A DNA stretch of 32,000 bases, from the NCBI RefSeq assembly GCF_000354175.2, contig NC_022349.1, positions 2,370,001 to 2,402,000 on the forward strand. Reading direction: 5' to 3'. Below, piece by piece: positions 9,471 to 21,224 of the stretch. How positions within the stretch are numbered: the stretch's first letter is position 1; each line of letters opens with the position of its first letter. Made by a program: the position numbers and the translations under genes. The DNA is from Vibrio alginolyticus NBRC 15630 = ATCC 17749 (GTDB lineage: Bacteria; Pseudomonadota; Gammaproteobacteria; Enterobacterales; Vibrionaceae). The notes below the pieces were generated by a model, which was not told where the DNA came from, made no database searches, and saw nothing but the letters and a program-made list of their open reading frames with translations.

Positions 9471-11537
9471 TTACTTTTGAAGCAAAGAAATGTCTGCGAT
9501 CTGTAGGAACAGGTTACGCAGGTTGTTCAGTAGTGTCAGACGGTTCTTCTTAAGTGCTTCGTCGTCTGCCATTACCATTACGTTATCAAAGAATGCATCA
9601 ACTGGTTCACGTAGGTCAGCTAGCTTGCTTAGGGCTTCTTGGTAGTTACCTGTAGCAAATGCTGGCTCTAGCGCTTCCGTCATTACTTCAACGCTTTCTG
9701 CTAGTGCTTTCTCTGCGTCTTCTTGTAGAAGTGCTAGGTCGATGTCTGCTGCTAGTTCGCCGTCGAATTTCGCTAGGATATTACCTACACGTTTGTTCGC
9801 TGCTGCTAGAGACTCTGCTGCTTCTAGTTCACGGAAGTGAGAAACCGCTTTAACTCGTTGGTCGAAGTCTGCTGGTTTCGTCGGGCGACGCGCTAGAACT
9901 GCTTGAATGATGTCTACGCTGAAGCCTTCGTCTTGGTACCAAGCACGGAAACGACCAAGCATGAACTCGATAACGTCTTGCTCAACGTTGTCGTTGGTTA
10001 GGCGATCGCCAAACAGTGACTTCGCTTTCGCTACTAGGTCAACAAGATCTAGGTTGTAGCCGTATTCAACGATGATACGTAGTACACCTAGAGATGCGCG
10101 GCGTAGTGCGAATGGGTCGCTGCCTTTAGGCGCTTGACCAATACCGAAGATACCTACGATAGTGTCTAGCTTGTCTGCCATTGCAACTGCAGTTGAAACA
10201 CCGTTAGATGGCAGTTCATCACCTGCGAAACGAGGCATGTATTGCTCGTTCAGTGCGACTGCAACTTCTTCTGCTTCACCGTCGTGGCGAGCATAGTGCA
10301 TACCCATAACACCTTGAGTATCCGTGAATTCGAATACCATTGAGGTCATTAGGTCACATTTTGCTAGTAGACCAGCACGCTTTGATTTCTCAACGTCAGC
10401 ACCGATTTGCTCAGCAATGTAGCCAGCAAGCTCTGTGATGCGGTCTGTTTTGTCTTTGATCGTACCCAGTTGCTTTTGGAAGATCGCTTGCTCTAGTTCA
10501 GGCAGACGGTCGATAAGCGGACGCTTACGGTCTGTGTTGAAGAAGAATTCTGCGTCAGCAAGACGAGGACGAACCACTTTCTCGTTACCTTCGATTACGT
10601 AACGAGGCTCTTTTGATTCGATGTTCGATACGAAGATGAAGTTAGGTAGTAGCTTCTTGTTTTCATCGTAAACAGGGAAGTACTTCTGGTCACCCTTCAT
10701 GGTGTAAACCAACGCTTCAGAAGGCACTTTTAGGAACTCTTCTTCAAACTTCGCTGTTAGTACTACTGGCCATTCAACCAGAGACGTTACTTCTTCTACT
10801 AAGTCATCTTCTAGGTCAGCGATACCGCCAACCGCTGCTGCCGCTTTTTGTGCGTCAGCTAGGATGATTGCTTTACGCGCTTCGTAATCTGCCATTACTT
10901 TACCGCGCTCTTCTAGGATCGCAGGGTATTGCTCAGCAGAATCGATAGTAAACTCTTGCTCACCCATGAAGCGGTGACCACGGATAGTGCGGTCAGAAGC
11001 AACACCAAGGATCTCGCCTTCGATTAGGTCGCTGCCCATTAGCATGGTTAGCGTCTTAACTGGACGGATGAACTGAGTTGTTTTGTTACCCCAGCGCATT
11101 GGTTTTGCGATAGGTAGGTTTGCTAGTGCTTTCGCTGCAAGTTCAACGACGATCTCAGACGTTGGCTGACCTTTCACTTCTTGTTTGAACAGTAGCCATT
11201 CGCCTTTGTCTGTAACCATGCGTTCTGCTTGGTCAACCGTGATGCCACAACCGCGTGCCCAGCCTTGAGCTGCTTTTGTTGGGTTGCCTTCCGCGTCAAA
11301 CGCTGCAGAAACTGCAGGACCACGCTTTTCAACAACTTTGTCAGACTGGCTGTCTGCTAGTGCTGCTACTTTAAGTGCAAGACGACGAGGTGCCGCGAAC
11401 CATTTCACGCCTTCGTGAGCAAGCTCAGCGCCTTTTAGTTCTGCTTCGAAGTTTGCTGCGAATGCTTCAGCTAGAGTGCGAAGTTGCGTTGGTGGTAGCT
11501 CTTCTGTACCTAGCTCGATTAGAAATTCTTTTGCCAT
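9471..11537 (-). CDS. glyS: Glycine--tRNA ligase beta subunit (688 aa)
   Basis: [16 protein letters not shown]... is the canonical GlyS N-terminus, with full-length collinearity. It lies directly downstream of glyQ (13-nt gap). Confidence 0.97.
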   Translation of the reverse strand: MAKEFLIELGTEELPPTQLRTLAEAFAANFEAELKGAELAHEGVKWFAAPRRLALKVAALADSQSDKVVEKRGPAVSAAFDAEGNPTKAAQGWARGCGITVDQAERMVTDKGEWLLFKQEVKGQPTSEIVVELAAKALANLPIAKPMRWGNKTTQFIRPVKTLTMLMGSDLIEGEILGVASDRTIRGHRFMGEQEFTIDSAEQYPAILEERGKVMADYEARKAIILADAQKAAAAVGGIADLEDDLVEEVTSLVEWPVVLTAKFEEEFLKVPSEALVYTMKGDQKYFPVYDENKKLLPNFIFVSNIESKEPRYVIEGNEKVVRPRLADAEFFFNTDRKRPLIDRLPELEQAIFQKQLGTIKDKTDRITELAGYIAEQIGADVEKSKRAGLLAKCDLMTSMVFEFTDTQGVMGMHYARHDGEAEEVAVALNEQYMPRFAGDELPSNGVSTAVAMADKLDTIVGIFGIGQAPKGSDPFALRRASLGVLRIIVEYGYNLDLVDLVAKAKSLFGDRLTNDNVEQDVIEFMLGRFRAWYQDEGFSVDIIQAVLARRPTKPADFDQRVKAVSHFRELEAAESLAAANKRVGNILAKFDGELAADIDLALLQEDAEKALAESVEVMTEALEPAFATGNYQEALSKLADLREPVDAFFDNVMVMADDEALKKNRLTLLNNLRNLFLQIADISLLQK

Positions 11538-11550
11538 GTTACTCTACCCC

Positions 11551-12468
11551 TTACGCTTGTTCTTTCTTACACATTGGGAAGCCAAGAGCTTCACGCGATG
11601 CGTAGTATGCTTCTGCAACTGCTTTCGTCAGGTTGCGGATGCGTAGGATGTAACGTTGGCGTTCAGTTACTGAGATCGCTTTACGCGCATCTAGTAGGTT
11701 GAATGCGTGGCCAGCTTTTAGAATGCGTTCGTAAGCAGGCAGTGGCAGTGGCTTTTCAAGCTCAAGTAGTTCTTTACACTCTTTTTCACACTGTTCGAAG
11801 AAACCAAATAGGAATTCAACGTCTGCGTGCTCGAAGTTGTAAGTTGATTGCTCTACTTCGTTTTGGTGGAAGATATCACCGTAAGTCACTTTGCTGCCGT
11901 CTGGTGCGATGTTCCAAACTAGGTCGTAAACAGAGTCTACTTCTTGGATGTACATTGCTAGACGTTCGATACCGTAAGTGATTTCACCAGTTACTGGTTT
12001 ACACTCAAGACCACCAACTTGCTGGAAGTAAGTAAACTGGGTCACTTCCATGCCGTTTAGCCAAACTTCCCAGCCCAGACCCCATGCGCCTAGTGTTGGG
12101 TTTTCCCAGTTGTCTTCTACGAAACGGATGTCGTGTACAAGAGGGTCAATACCAAGAACTTCAAGGGAGCCAAGGTACAACTCTTGAATATTGTCAGGCG
12201 ATGGTTTTAGCGCTACTTGGAATTGGTAGTAGTGCTGAAGACGGTTAGGGTTTTCACCGTAACGGCCATCAGTAGGACGACGTGAAGGTTGTACGTAAGC
12301 TGTCGACATTGGCTCTGGGCCAAGCGCTCGTAGACAGGTCATTGGGTGAGAGGTACCCGCACCCACTTCCATATCTAGCGGTTGAACAATGGTACAACCA
12401 TTTTGAGCCCAATAATCCTGCAGCGCGAGGATCATTCCCTGGAAGGTTTTGATATCGTATTTTTGCAT
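11551..12468 (-). CDS. glyQ: Glycine--tRNA ligase alpha subunit (305 aa)
   Basis: [44 protein letters not shown] is highly similar to E. coli GlyQ. Confidence 0.97.
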   Translation of the reverse strand: MQKYDIKTFQGMILALQDYWAQNGCTIVQPLDMEVGAGTSHPMTCLRALGPEPMSTAYVQPSRRPTDGRYGENPNRLQHYYQFQVALKPSPDNIQELYLGSLEVLGIDPLVHDIRFVEDNWENPTLGAWGLGWEVWLNGMEVTQFTYFQQVGGLECKPVTGEITYGIERLAMYIQEVDSVYDLVWNIAPDGSKVTYGDIFHQNEVEQSTYNFEHADVEFLFGFFEQCEKECKELLELEKPLPLPAYERILKAGHAFNLLDARKAISVTERQRYILRIRNLTKAVAEAYYASREALGFPMCKKEQA

Positions 12469-12713
12469 AAGTCAGGTTCGCGCGATTCTCTTGTTACTCG
12501 TTAATTCGTCATCTATGCCGAGTTTTTCAACTCTAACAACGGCGATAAAGAGTAATTACGGTTGAATAAATTAACAATCTAGTATAACCAGATATTGAGC
12601 ATGGGAGTAGAGCTAATCTTGATTAATTCGTGGGCGATTTTCTCCTTTAATGAATTTTTACCGCGTTATCTGCTGTATTTTTCCTAAAAGGGAGTTTTTG
12701 CCTGCTTTGGCTC

Positions 12714-12742
12714 TTGAGAAGCGCAACAAAGGTGGCTAGAAT
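12714..12742 (+). promoter_or_regulatory. Putative sigma-70 promoter driving the Mn2+ riboswitch
   Basis: TTGAGA (12714-12719), 17 nt, TAGAAT (12737-12742). This places the TSS a few nt before the aptamer. Confidence 0.5.
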
Positions 12743-12748
12743 TGCGCC

Positions 12749-12875
12749 TGTCTTTGGGGAGTAGCTTACCTGATGAAGTTTCTGTTTCATCTGGTTCGTC
12801 CGTCAACATAATTGGTGCAAAATCACCATGGCGTTCGAGACTTGAAGCCTTTCAAGTTTAGCAAGACCTTAGACA
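12749..12875 (+). promoter_or_regulatory. yybP-ykoY (Mn2+-sensing) riboswitch aptamer
   Basis: Contains the family's conserved blocks GGGGAGUAGC (12756-12765), CGUCAACAUA (12801-12810) and GUUUAGCAAGACC (12856-12868). Helices are visible: P1 UGUCU../..AGACA; CCUGAUGAA/UUCAUCUGG; UGGUG/CACCA; CUUGAA/UUCAAG. It lies upstream of a UPF0016 Mn exporter-type gene. Confidence 0.85.
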
Positions 12876-12952
12876 AATCATCACGAACCGGGGTAGGGGC
12901 GTGAGGTTTGTCTTCGGTTAAAAATAATAATCCCTGCCCCAATGAGCATGTC

Positions 12953-13507
12953 GTGAGCGTTTTAGCTATTTCAATTACTACTGTAGCGTTAGCAGAAATT
13001 GGCGATAAGACCCAATTGCTATCTCTATTACTTGCAAGTCGTTACCGAAAACCAATCCCAATTATTGCAGCAATCTTTTTGGCAACTATTGCCAACCACG
13101 CTTTGGCTGCATGGTTAGGTGTGGTTGTCGCAGACTATCTATCACCTGAGATTTTAAAGTGGGTGCTGGTGGTCAGTTTTGTCGCGATGGCGGCTTGGGT
13201 TCTGATCCCGGACAAACTGGATGATGACGAGCAGATTTCTAATCGAGGCCCATTTATTGCCAGCTTTATCGCGTTCTTCGTTGCGGAGATAGGCGATAAA
13301 ACTCAGATCGCCACTTCCATCTTAGGGGCGCAATACGCGAATGCGTTAAGTTTGGTGATTATCGGTACCACAATCGGTATGCTGCTGGCGAATGTACCTG
13401 TGGTCCTGATTGGTAAATTGTCGGCCGACAAGATGCCTTTAGGGCTGATCCGTAAAATCACCGCATTTTTGTTTATTGCTCTGGCAATAGGGGCTGCACT
13501 GTTCTGA
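12953..13507 (+). CDS. mneA: UPF0016 (TMEM165/GDT1) family membrane protein, putative Mn2+ exporter (MneA-like)
   Basis: Two E-x-G-D-K-T-Q motifs (AEIGDKTQLL and AEIGDKTQIA) in a 6-TM-like hydrophobic protein. The start is uncertain. GTG 12953 gives the family-typical ~14 residues before the first motif. TTG 12908, the ORF-track start, lies only 1 nt after a GAGG. Confidence 0.85.
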   Translation: MSVLAISITTVALAEIGDKTQLLSLLLASRYRKPIPIIAAIFLATIANHALAAWLGVVVADYLSPEILKWVLVVSFVAMAAWVLIPDKLDDDEQISNRGPFIASFIAFFVAEIGDKTQIATSILGAQYANALSLVIIGTTIGMLLANVPVVLIGKLSADKMPLGLIRKITAFLFIALAIGAALF

Positions 13508-13667
13508 TTTTTTGCACGTGAAATGATGTGAGTTATCAATCATTAGTGGCGTGCTGCGCGAGTTCAAACTCTGACTCTAAATCGTTCCGTTGCGTGACGG
13601 ATGACATATAAGTGTCATACTTGTCATGGTAGTTTAATGGTGTGAATGATAGCGAGAGGGCAAGTTT

Positions 13668-13928
13668 ATGCTTACACGTTACATGGGGATGTCCCCGAAG
13701 AGTCAGAGTTATTTATTCACTTTTGGTTTAGCGCTGTGTTTACTAGCGATGGTGCTAACTGATATGTGGTTACCGATTGTAGCAGGATCGTTCGTCCTTA
13801 CTGGATTGACAGTAGAAGCGTGGATTCGTGTCGCTCACATCATTCCTATGCATGAAGAGATGCGGGCAATGAAGAAACAACTTAACAAGCTCCAATCAGA
13901 AGTTCGCACACTCGAATACGACGAATAA
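13668..13928 (+). CDS. Hypothetical small membrane protein (86 aa; two hydrophobic segments plus a charged C-terminal helix)
   Basis: SD GAGAGG is ~8 nt upstream of the ATG and a strong terminator immediately follows. I recognised no family. Confidence 0.55.
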   Translation: MLTRYMGMSPKSQSYLFTFGLALCLLAMVLTDMWLPIVAGSFVLTGLTVEAWIRVAHIIPMHEEMRAMKKQLNKLQSEVRTLEYDE

Positions 13929-13930
13929 AC

Positions 13931-13961
13931 AAACGGCAGCCAATATTGGCTGCCGTTTTTA
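13931..13961. terminator. Bidirectional terminator between the small membrane ORF and tusA
   Basis: Long palindrome AAACGGCAGCCAAT|ATTGGCTGCCGTTT, flanked by an A-run and a T-run. Confidence 0.85.
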
Positions 13962-13972
13962 GTTCGACCAGA

Positions 13973-14221
13973 TTATTCCAATCCTTTCTTGATCAGGTAC
14001 TGATACGGAACTTGCTCCGTTTGTGCCGCAACTAATTGGTGGTCCATAAAGCGGCAGAAACTCGGAATGTCTCGAGTTGTGGATGGATCGTCTGCTTTGA
14101 CCAGCAAAATCTCACCATCTTGCATGTTGCGAATTGTCTTCCTGACCATCATCACTGGCTCTGGGCAGCGCAGTCCTTCCGCCTCTAATGTCTTGTTTGC
14201 CAGTTCAGGATTAAAGCTCAT
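13973..14221 (-). CDS. tusA: Sulfurtransferase TusA (SirA/YhhP), 82 aa
   Basis: [33 protein letters not shown]... contains the conserved CPxP active-site motif. The start is taken at the internal ATG (14219-14221), which gives the family-typical length. The 104-aa ORF-track version is an upstream extension. Confidence 0.9.
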   Translation of the reverse strand: MSFNPELANKTLEAEGLRCPEPVMMVRKTIRNMQDGEILLVKADDPSTTRDIPSFCRFMDHQLVAAQTEQVPYQYLIKKGLE

Positions 14222-14354
14222 AGTGTGATTCTCGTAACTAACTGAGCGTTGAATTTTACTTTCGTTGAAAAAATATTCAATAACCACTTGGCAAACCGAA
14301 TTTTTTGTTTTACCTTAAATTAACAATTTGGTAACAACTGGCAAGGGAGAGGCA

Positions 14355-14537
14355 ATGTTAACAGCGTTAGACAGACTTACGATTTACTCAGTGCTGTGTT
14401 TTATCTCGTTTTGTGCATTGGTACTCAGGACGCCAGCTGACACCTCTTTGACGCCTCTAGTAGGCATGGTTGCCACTATTATTGGGATTTGGATCGAGAT
14501 GCGCAGATGGTCTGGCGCATCTGAGCAAGAAAATTAG
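14355..14537 (+). CDS. Hypothetical small membrane protein (60 aa, two TM segments)
   Basis: ATG at 14355 is preceded by GGGAGAGG. The product is hydrophobic (MLTALDRLTIYSVLCFISFCALVL...VGMVATIIGIWIEM). No family recognised. Confidence 0.45.
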   Translation: MLTALDRLTIYSVLCFISFCALVLRTPADTSLTPLVGMVATIIGIWIEMRRWSGASEQEN

Positions 14538-14627
14538 CGCTTCTTGCTTGGATCAGAATGCTTTTAATAACGCTCACCTATTTTTACCGACACTTCATTC
14601 CGACACTATCCCCATTTTTCTTGGGCT

Positions 14628-14656
14628 TCCCCGCTGAAAGGCGGGATTTTTTTTGC
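14628..14656 (+). terminator. Rho-independent terminator
   Basis: CCCGC (14630-14634), TGAAAG, GCGGG (14641-14645), then A plus T8. Confidence 0.8.
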
Positions 14657-14704
14657 CTAAAGAGTACAATTTACCCAAACACATACAAAATAAGTGGCTA
14701 ATTC

Positions 14705-15649
14705 GTGGAACTGGAAGACATCTATCGCCGAGATTTAAATTTACTGGTTGCGTTGCGAGTACTGATAGAAGAAAACAGTGTCAGTAAGGCGGCAACACGT
14801 CTGAACCTGAGTCAATCGGCAATGAGTCGCGTGCTTGGTCGTCTGCGTGACTTATTGGGAGATCCGCTGTTTACTCGTCAGGGACAGCATTTGATCCCAA
14901 CTCAGAAAGCGTTAGAGATCGATCGCTCATTGGGCGAACCATTAGAGTCTTTACGTCAGTTGTTATCTCCGGTTGAGTTTGACCCATTGCAATGCGTACA
15001 GACTTTCAACATCGTGACCACCGACTATGCCATGCAAACGATCTTACCGTTCGCTTTGCCGAGAATTTACCAAGAAGCGCCAAACGTGTCTTTCAACTTC
15101 TTACCACTGCAACACGACCGTTTATCAGATCAGCTCACTTATGAAGGTGCAGACTTAGCGATTTGTCGCCCGACAGGCCCGGTGGAGCCTCTACGCAGTG
15201 AAGTGTTGGGGCGAGTGGGGGTGCTGTGTATGCTTTCAAAACAGCATCCATTAGCGAATAAAGAAATGAGCTTGGATGATTATCTGAGTCATCCACATGC
15301 CATGATCGCCATCAGTGATGGTGTTAAGGCACTGATCGAACAAGCTTTGATGGAGAAACCTAAGCGTAAAATGGTCCTGCGGGCTTATCATTTAGAAGCC
15401 GCATTGGCGATCATGGATACCTTGCCAATTATCATCACAGTGCCAGCGGACTTGGCGTATCTGGTTGCCGAGCGTTATGACTTGGTGGTGAAACCGTTAC
15501 CATTCCAATTCACGCCGTTTGAATACTCGATGATTTGGCATGCGCGTTGCGAGCATTCTCCCGCTCAAGAATGGTTAAGAACGATTGTGCGTGAAGAGTG
15601 TAGCCGTCTGATAGCTAAACGTATCGAAGATATGGGACTGAACTGCTAA
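14705..15649 (+). CDS. LysR-family transcriptional regulator (314 aa, GTG start)
   Basis: N-terminal wHTH: DLNLLVALRVLIEENSVSKAATRLNLSQSAMSRVLGRLRDLLGDPLFTR (LeuO/NodD/YidZ-like subgroup), followed by a periplasmic-binding-type effector domain. Confidence 0.9.
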   Translation: MELEDIYRRDLNLLVALRVLIEENSVSKAATRLNLSQSAMSRVLGRLRDLLGDPLFTRQGQHLIPTQKALEIDRSLGEPLESLRQLLSPVEFDPLQCVQTFNIVTTDYAMQTILPFALPRIYQEAPNVSFNFLPLQHDRLSDQLTYEGADLAICRPTGPVEPLRSEVLGRVGVLCMLSKQHPLANKEMSLDDYLSHPHAMIAISDGVKALIEQALMEKPKRKMVLRAYHLEAALAIMDTLPIIITVPADLAYLVAERYDLVVKPLPFQFTPFEYSMIWHARCEHSPAQEWLRTIVREECSRLIAKRIEDMGLNC

Positions 15650-15650
15650 C

Positions 15651-15680
15651 AAAAAAGAGCCAGCAATGCCGGCTCTTCGT
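15651..15680 (-). terminator. Terminator of acuI; also sits 2 nt after the LysR gene stop
   Basis: AAGAGCC (15655-15661) ... GGCTCTT (15671-15677). The A6 run on the + strand gives a U-run for the minus-strand transcript. The + strand tail is weak (TCGTCTGTTT). Confidence 0.7.
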
Positions 15681-15701
15681 CTGTTTACACTGAGTCAGTG
15701 T

Positions 15702-16682
15702 TTATAGCTTGATAACCACACGACCCGTTACTTGACCGTTGGTGATGTCTTCTGCATATTTCGGTGCTTCAGCAAGAGCAACTTCAGTACACGCTTGCTC
15801 GAAGTAGCTGTCTGGTAGTAGCTCGACCAGCTTTTCCCATGCAGCGATACGTTTCTCTGTTGGGCACATTACTGAGTCCACACCTTGTAGGCGAACATTA
15901 CGTAGGATGAACGGCATCACTGTGGTTGGTAGATCAAAACCACCTGCAAGACCACAAGCTGCAACTGCACTGTTGTAATCCATTTGCGCCAATACTTTAG
16001 CCAGTACTTTGCTGCCCACAGTATCAACGGCACCTGCCCATACTTGCTTTTCAAGCGGACGTGCTGCCTCTTCAAATTCAACGCGGTCGATGATGCGGCT
16101 AGCACCAAGTTTTTCTAGTAGTGGGCCGTTTTTCTCTACGCGACCTGTCACTGCAGCAACTTTGTAGCCAAGTTGTGCTAGAAGCGTTACTGCTACTGAG
16201 CCTACACCGCCACTTGCGCCAGTTACTAGGATTTCGCCGTTTTCAGGTTTGATGCCTGCATCAAGCAGTGCTTGAACACATAGCATGCCTGTGAAACCAG
16301 CAGTACCAACCATCATTGCTTTCTTGCTGTCTAGACCTTTTGGTAGTGGTACTAGCCAATCTGCTTTTAGACGAGCACGCTGAGACATACCACCCCAGTG
16401 GTTTTCACCCACGCCCCAGCCAGTAAGGACAACTTTGTCACCAGCTTGGTAGCGGTCGTCTTCTGAGCTTACTACCGTACCTGCTAAGTCAATACCTGGC
16501 ACCATCGGGAAGTTACGGATGATTTTACCTTTACCTGTGATCGCAAGACCGTCTTTGTAGTTTAACGATGAGTAATCAACGTCAATCAGAACGTCGCCTT
16601 CAGGCAGTTGTGTTTCATCGATTTGCTCGATGTTAGCGATAGTACGTTTGTCTTCTTGATTTAGAACTAGAGCATTAAACAT
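15702..16682 (-). CDS. acuI: Acrylyl-CoA reductase AcuI / YhdH (MDR zinc-independent quinone oxidoreductase family), 326 aa
   Basis: MFNALVLNQEDKRTIANIEQIDETQLPEGDVLIDVDYSSLNYKDGLAITGKGKIIRNFPMVPGID is near-collinear with E. coli YhdH. The start is taken at the internal ATG (16680-16682) with a GGAGA SD. The 36 upstream codons in the ORF track are not homologous. Confidence 0.9.
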   Translation of the reverse strand: MFNALVLNQEDKRTIANIEQIDETQLPEGDVLIDVDYSSLNYKDGLAITGKGKIIRNFPMVPGIDLAGTVVSSEDDRYQAGDKVVLTGWGVGENHWGGMSQRARLKADWLVPLPKGLDSKKAMMVGTAGFTGMLCVQALLDAGIKPENGEILVTGASGGVGSVAVTLLAQLGYKVAAVTGRVEKNGPLLEKLGASRIIDRVEFEEAARPLEKQVWAGAVDTVGSKVLAKVLAQMDYNSAVAACGLAGGFDLPTTVMPFILRNVRLQGVDSVMCPTEKRIAAWEKLVELLPDSYFEQACTEVALAEAPKYAEDITNGQVTGRVVIKL

Positions 16683-16821
16683 AAGGTTCTCCGATTGTGC
16701 GGTAGCATGACTCTGGGCCACATGCAGCAAGATATCAACTGGTCTAAGTGTATGTCTTCTTTGTCTATGAATAAAATGAAACTTGAGCATTTAATGTATG
16801 CTCTTCATGCATGTTTGATGT

Positions 16822-16852
16822 AAAACAAAGGGCGACATCAATTGTCGCCCTT
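16822..16852 (-). terminator. Rho-independent terminator of fadBA
   Basis: GGGCGACA (16830-16837), TCAAT, TGTCGCCC (16843-16850). AAAACAAA on the + strand gives a U-rich tail on the minus strand. Confidence 0.8.
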
Positions 16853-16932
16853 AAGTGTAATACTAAAAATTTTAGTACTAGTTCATTTGCTTATGATTGT
16901 TGGCTCGATCACTACAACAACGTCTTGAACTG

Positions 16933-20294
<3,362 letters not shown>

Positions 20295-20394
20295 TGTCTA
20301 TCTCCATGACATACAATCGTGGATTGTCTGTATACCTATTTCAACGACGCCGTGTACCTCGGCAAATAGGTATCGAGGAAGTCGTTTTATTTTG

Positions 20395-20411
20395 TTCTGG
20401 TTTGACCAGTA
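20395..20411. promoter_or_regulatory. Putative FadR operator in the fadBA promoter region
   Basis: TTCTGGTTTGACCAGTA, compared with the E. coli fadB operator ATCTGGTACGACCAGAT. It shares the CTGGT-N3-ACCAG dyad and lies ~100 bp upstream of the fadB ATG. Confidence 0.6.
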
Positions 20412-20554
20412 AGGTTAGTTTGGATCGTGGATTGTTTAATTTCAATACATTTTTTAAACAAGTGTTTAACATTGTGCGCTGTGGCAGATCTTATGCGACG
20501 GGTAAATCACACTCGTGATAGACTTCAGGCAAATAGACATGAATCCATAATCCT

Positions 20555-21178
20555 ATGAATGACAAGCCTTATCTGATTCCAGCAGAGCCCGCTCAATTTG
20601 AAGAAGAAATTAAAAAGAGCGTCTTCATTACTTATTTGGCACACACGCCAAGTATCGAAGCTGCAAAAGCATTTGTTGATCAAATCAAAGCTAAACACGC
20701 TGATGCTAGACATAACTGTTGGGGCTTTGTTGCTGGTCGACCAGAAGATTCGATGAAGTGGGGCTTTAGTGATGATGGAGAACCTTCAGGGACGGCAGGC
20801 AAACCAATCCTGGCGCAGCTGTCTGGATCTGGGGTGGGGGAGATCACGGCTGTGGTCACGCGATACTCTGGTGGAATCAAGTTAGGTACAGGCGGCTTGG
20901 TTAAAGCGTATGGGGGTGGGGTTCAACAAGCGCTCAAGCTGCTTCAAACTATTGAGAAAAAAATAACCACAAAGCTCAGACTAACGTTAGACTATGGGTT
21001 TATGCCTATCGCACAATCAATCATGCCGCAATTTGGTGCGATAGAAGTCGAGGCTGAATACAGCGATCAGGTCGTATTAGTGGTGGAAATTGAGCTTCGA
21101 GAAGTGAGCGCGTTTACCCAAGCAATCATCAATAAAAGCGGGGCAAAGGCAATTGTCACTCCGCTAGACGGACAATAA
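20555..21178 (+). CDS. yigZ: IMPACT-family protein YigZ (UPF0029), 207 aa
   Basis: YLIPAEP..EEEIKKSVFITYLAHT..EAAKAFV...HADARHNCWGFVAG...GFSDDGEPSGTAGKPILAQL.GSGVGEITAVVTRY.GGIKLGTGGLVKAYGGGV closely tracks E. coli YigZ. Confidence 0.9.
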   Translation: MNDKPYLIPAEPAQFEEEIKKSVFITYLAHTPSIEAAKAFVDQIKAKHADARHNCWGFVAGRPEDSMKWGFSDDGEPSGTAGKPILAQLSGSGVGEITAVVTRYSGGIKLGTGGLVKAYGGGVQQALKLLQTIEKKITTKLRLTLDYGFMPIAQSIMPQFGAIEVEAEYSDQVVLVVEIELREVSAFTQAIINKSGAKAIVTPLDGQ

Positions 21179-21224
21179 TGAAAAACAGGAAGCAACAGGG
21201 ACAGCTTCGCTAGTCAATTTATCC

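Noticed and set aside
14587-14607. The direct repeat CCGACACT occurring twice, 13 nt apart, downstream of the 60-aa ORF.
   Set aside because: It is very short, sits between a stop codon and its terminator, and has no dyad symmetry or recognisable motif. It is most likely chance.
15702-16790. Long N-terminal extensions in the ORF track for acuI (to 16790), ilvY (to 29903), ilvC (from 29987), tusA (to 14287) and the 60-aa ORF (from 14328).
   Set aside because: In each case an internal ATG with a good SD gives a protein collinear with the known family N-terminus. The extensions have no homology and run through promoter or operator DNA.
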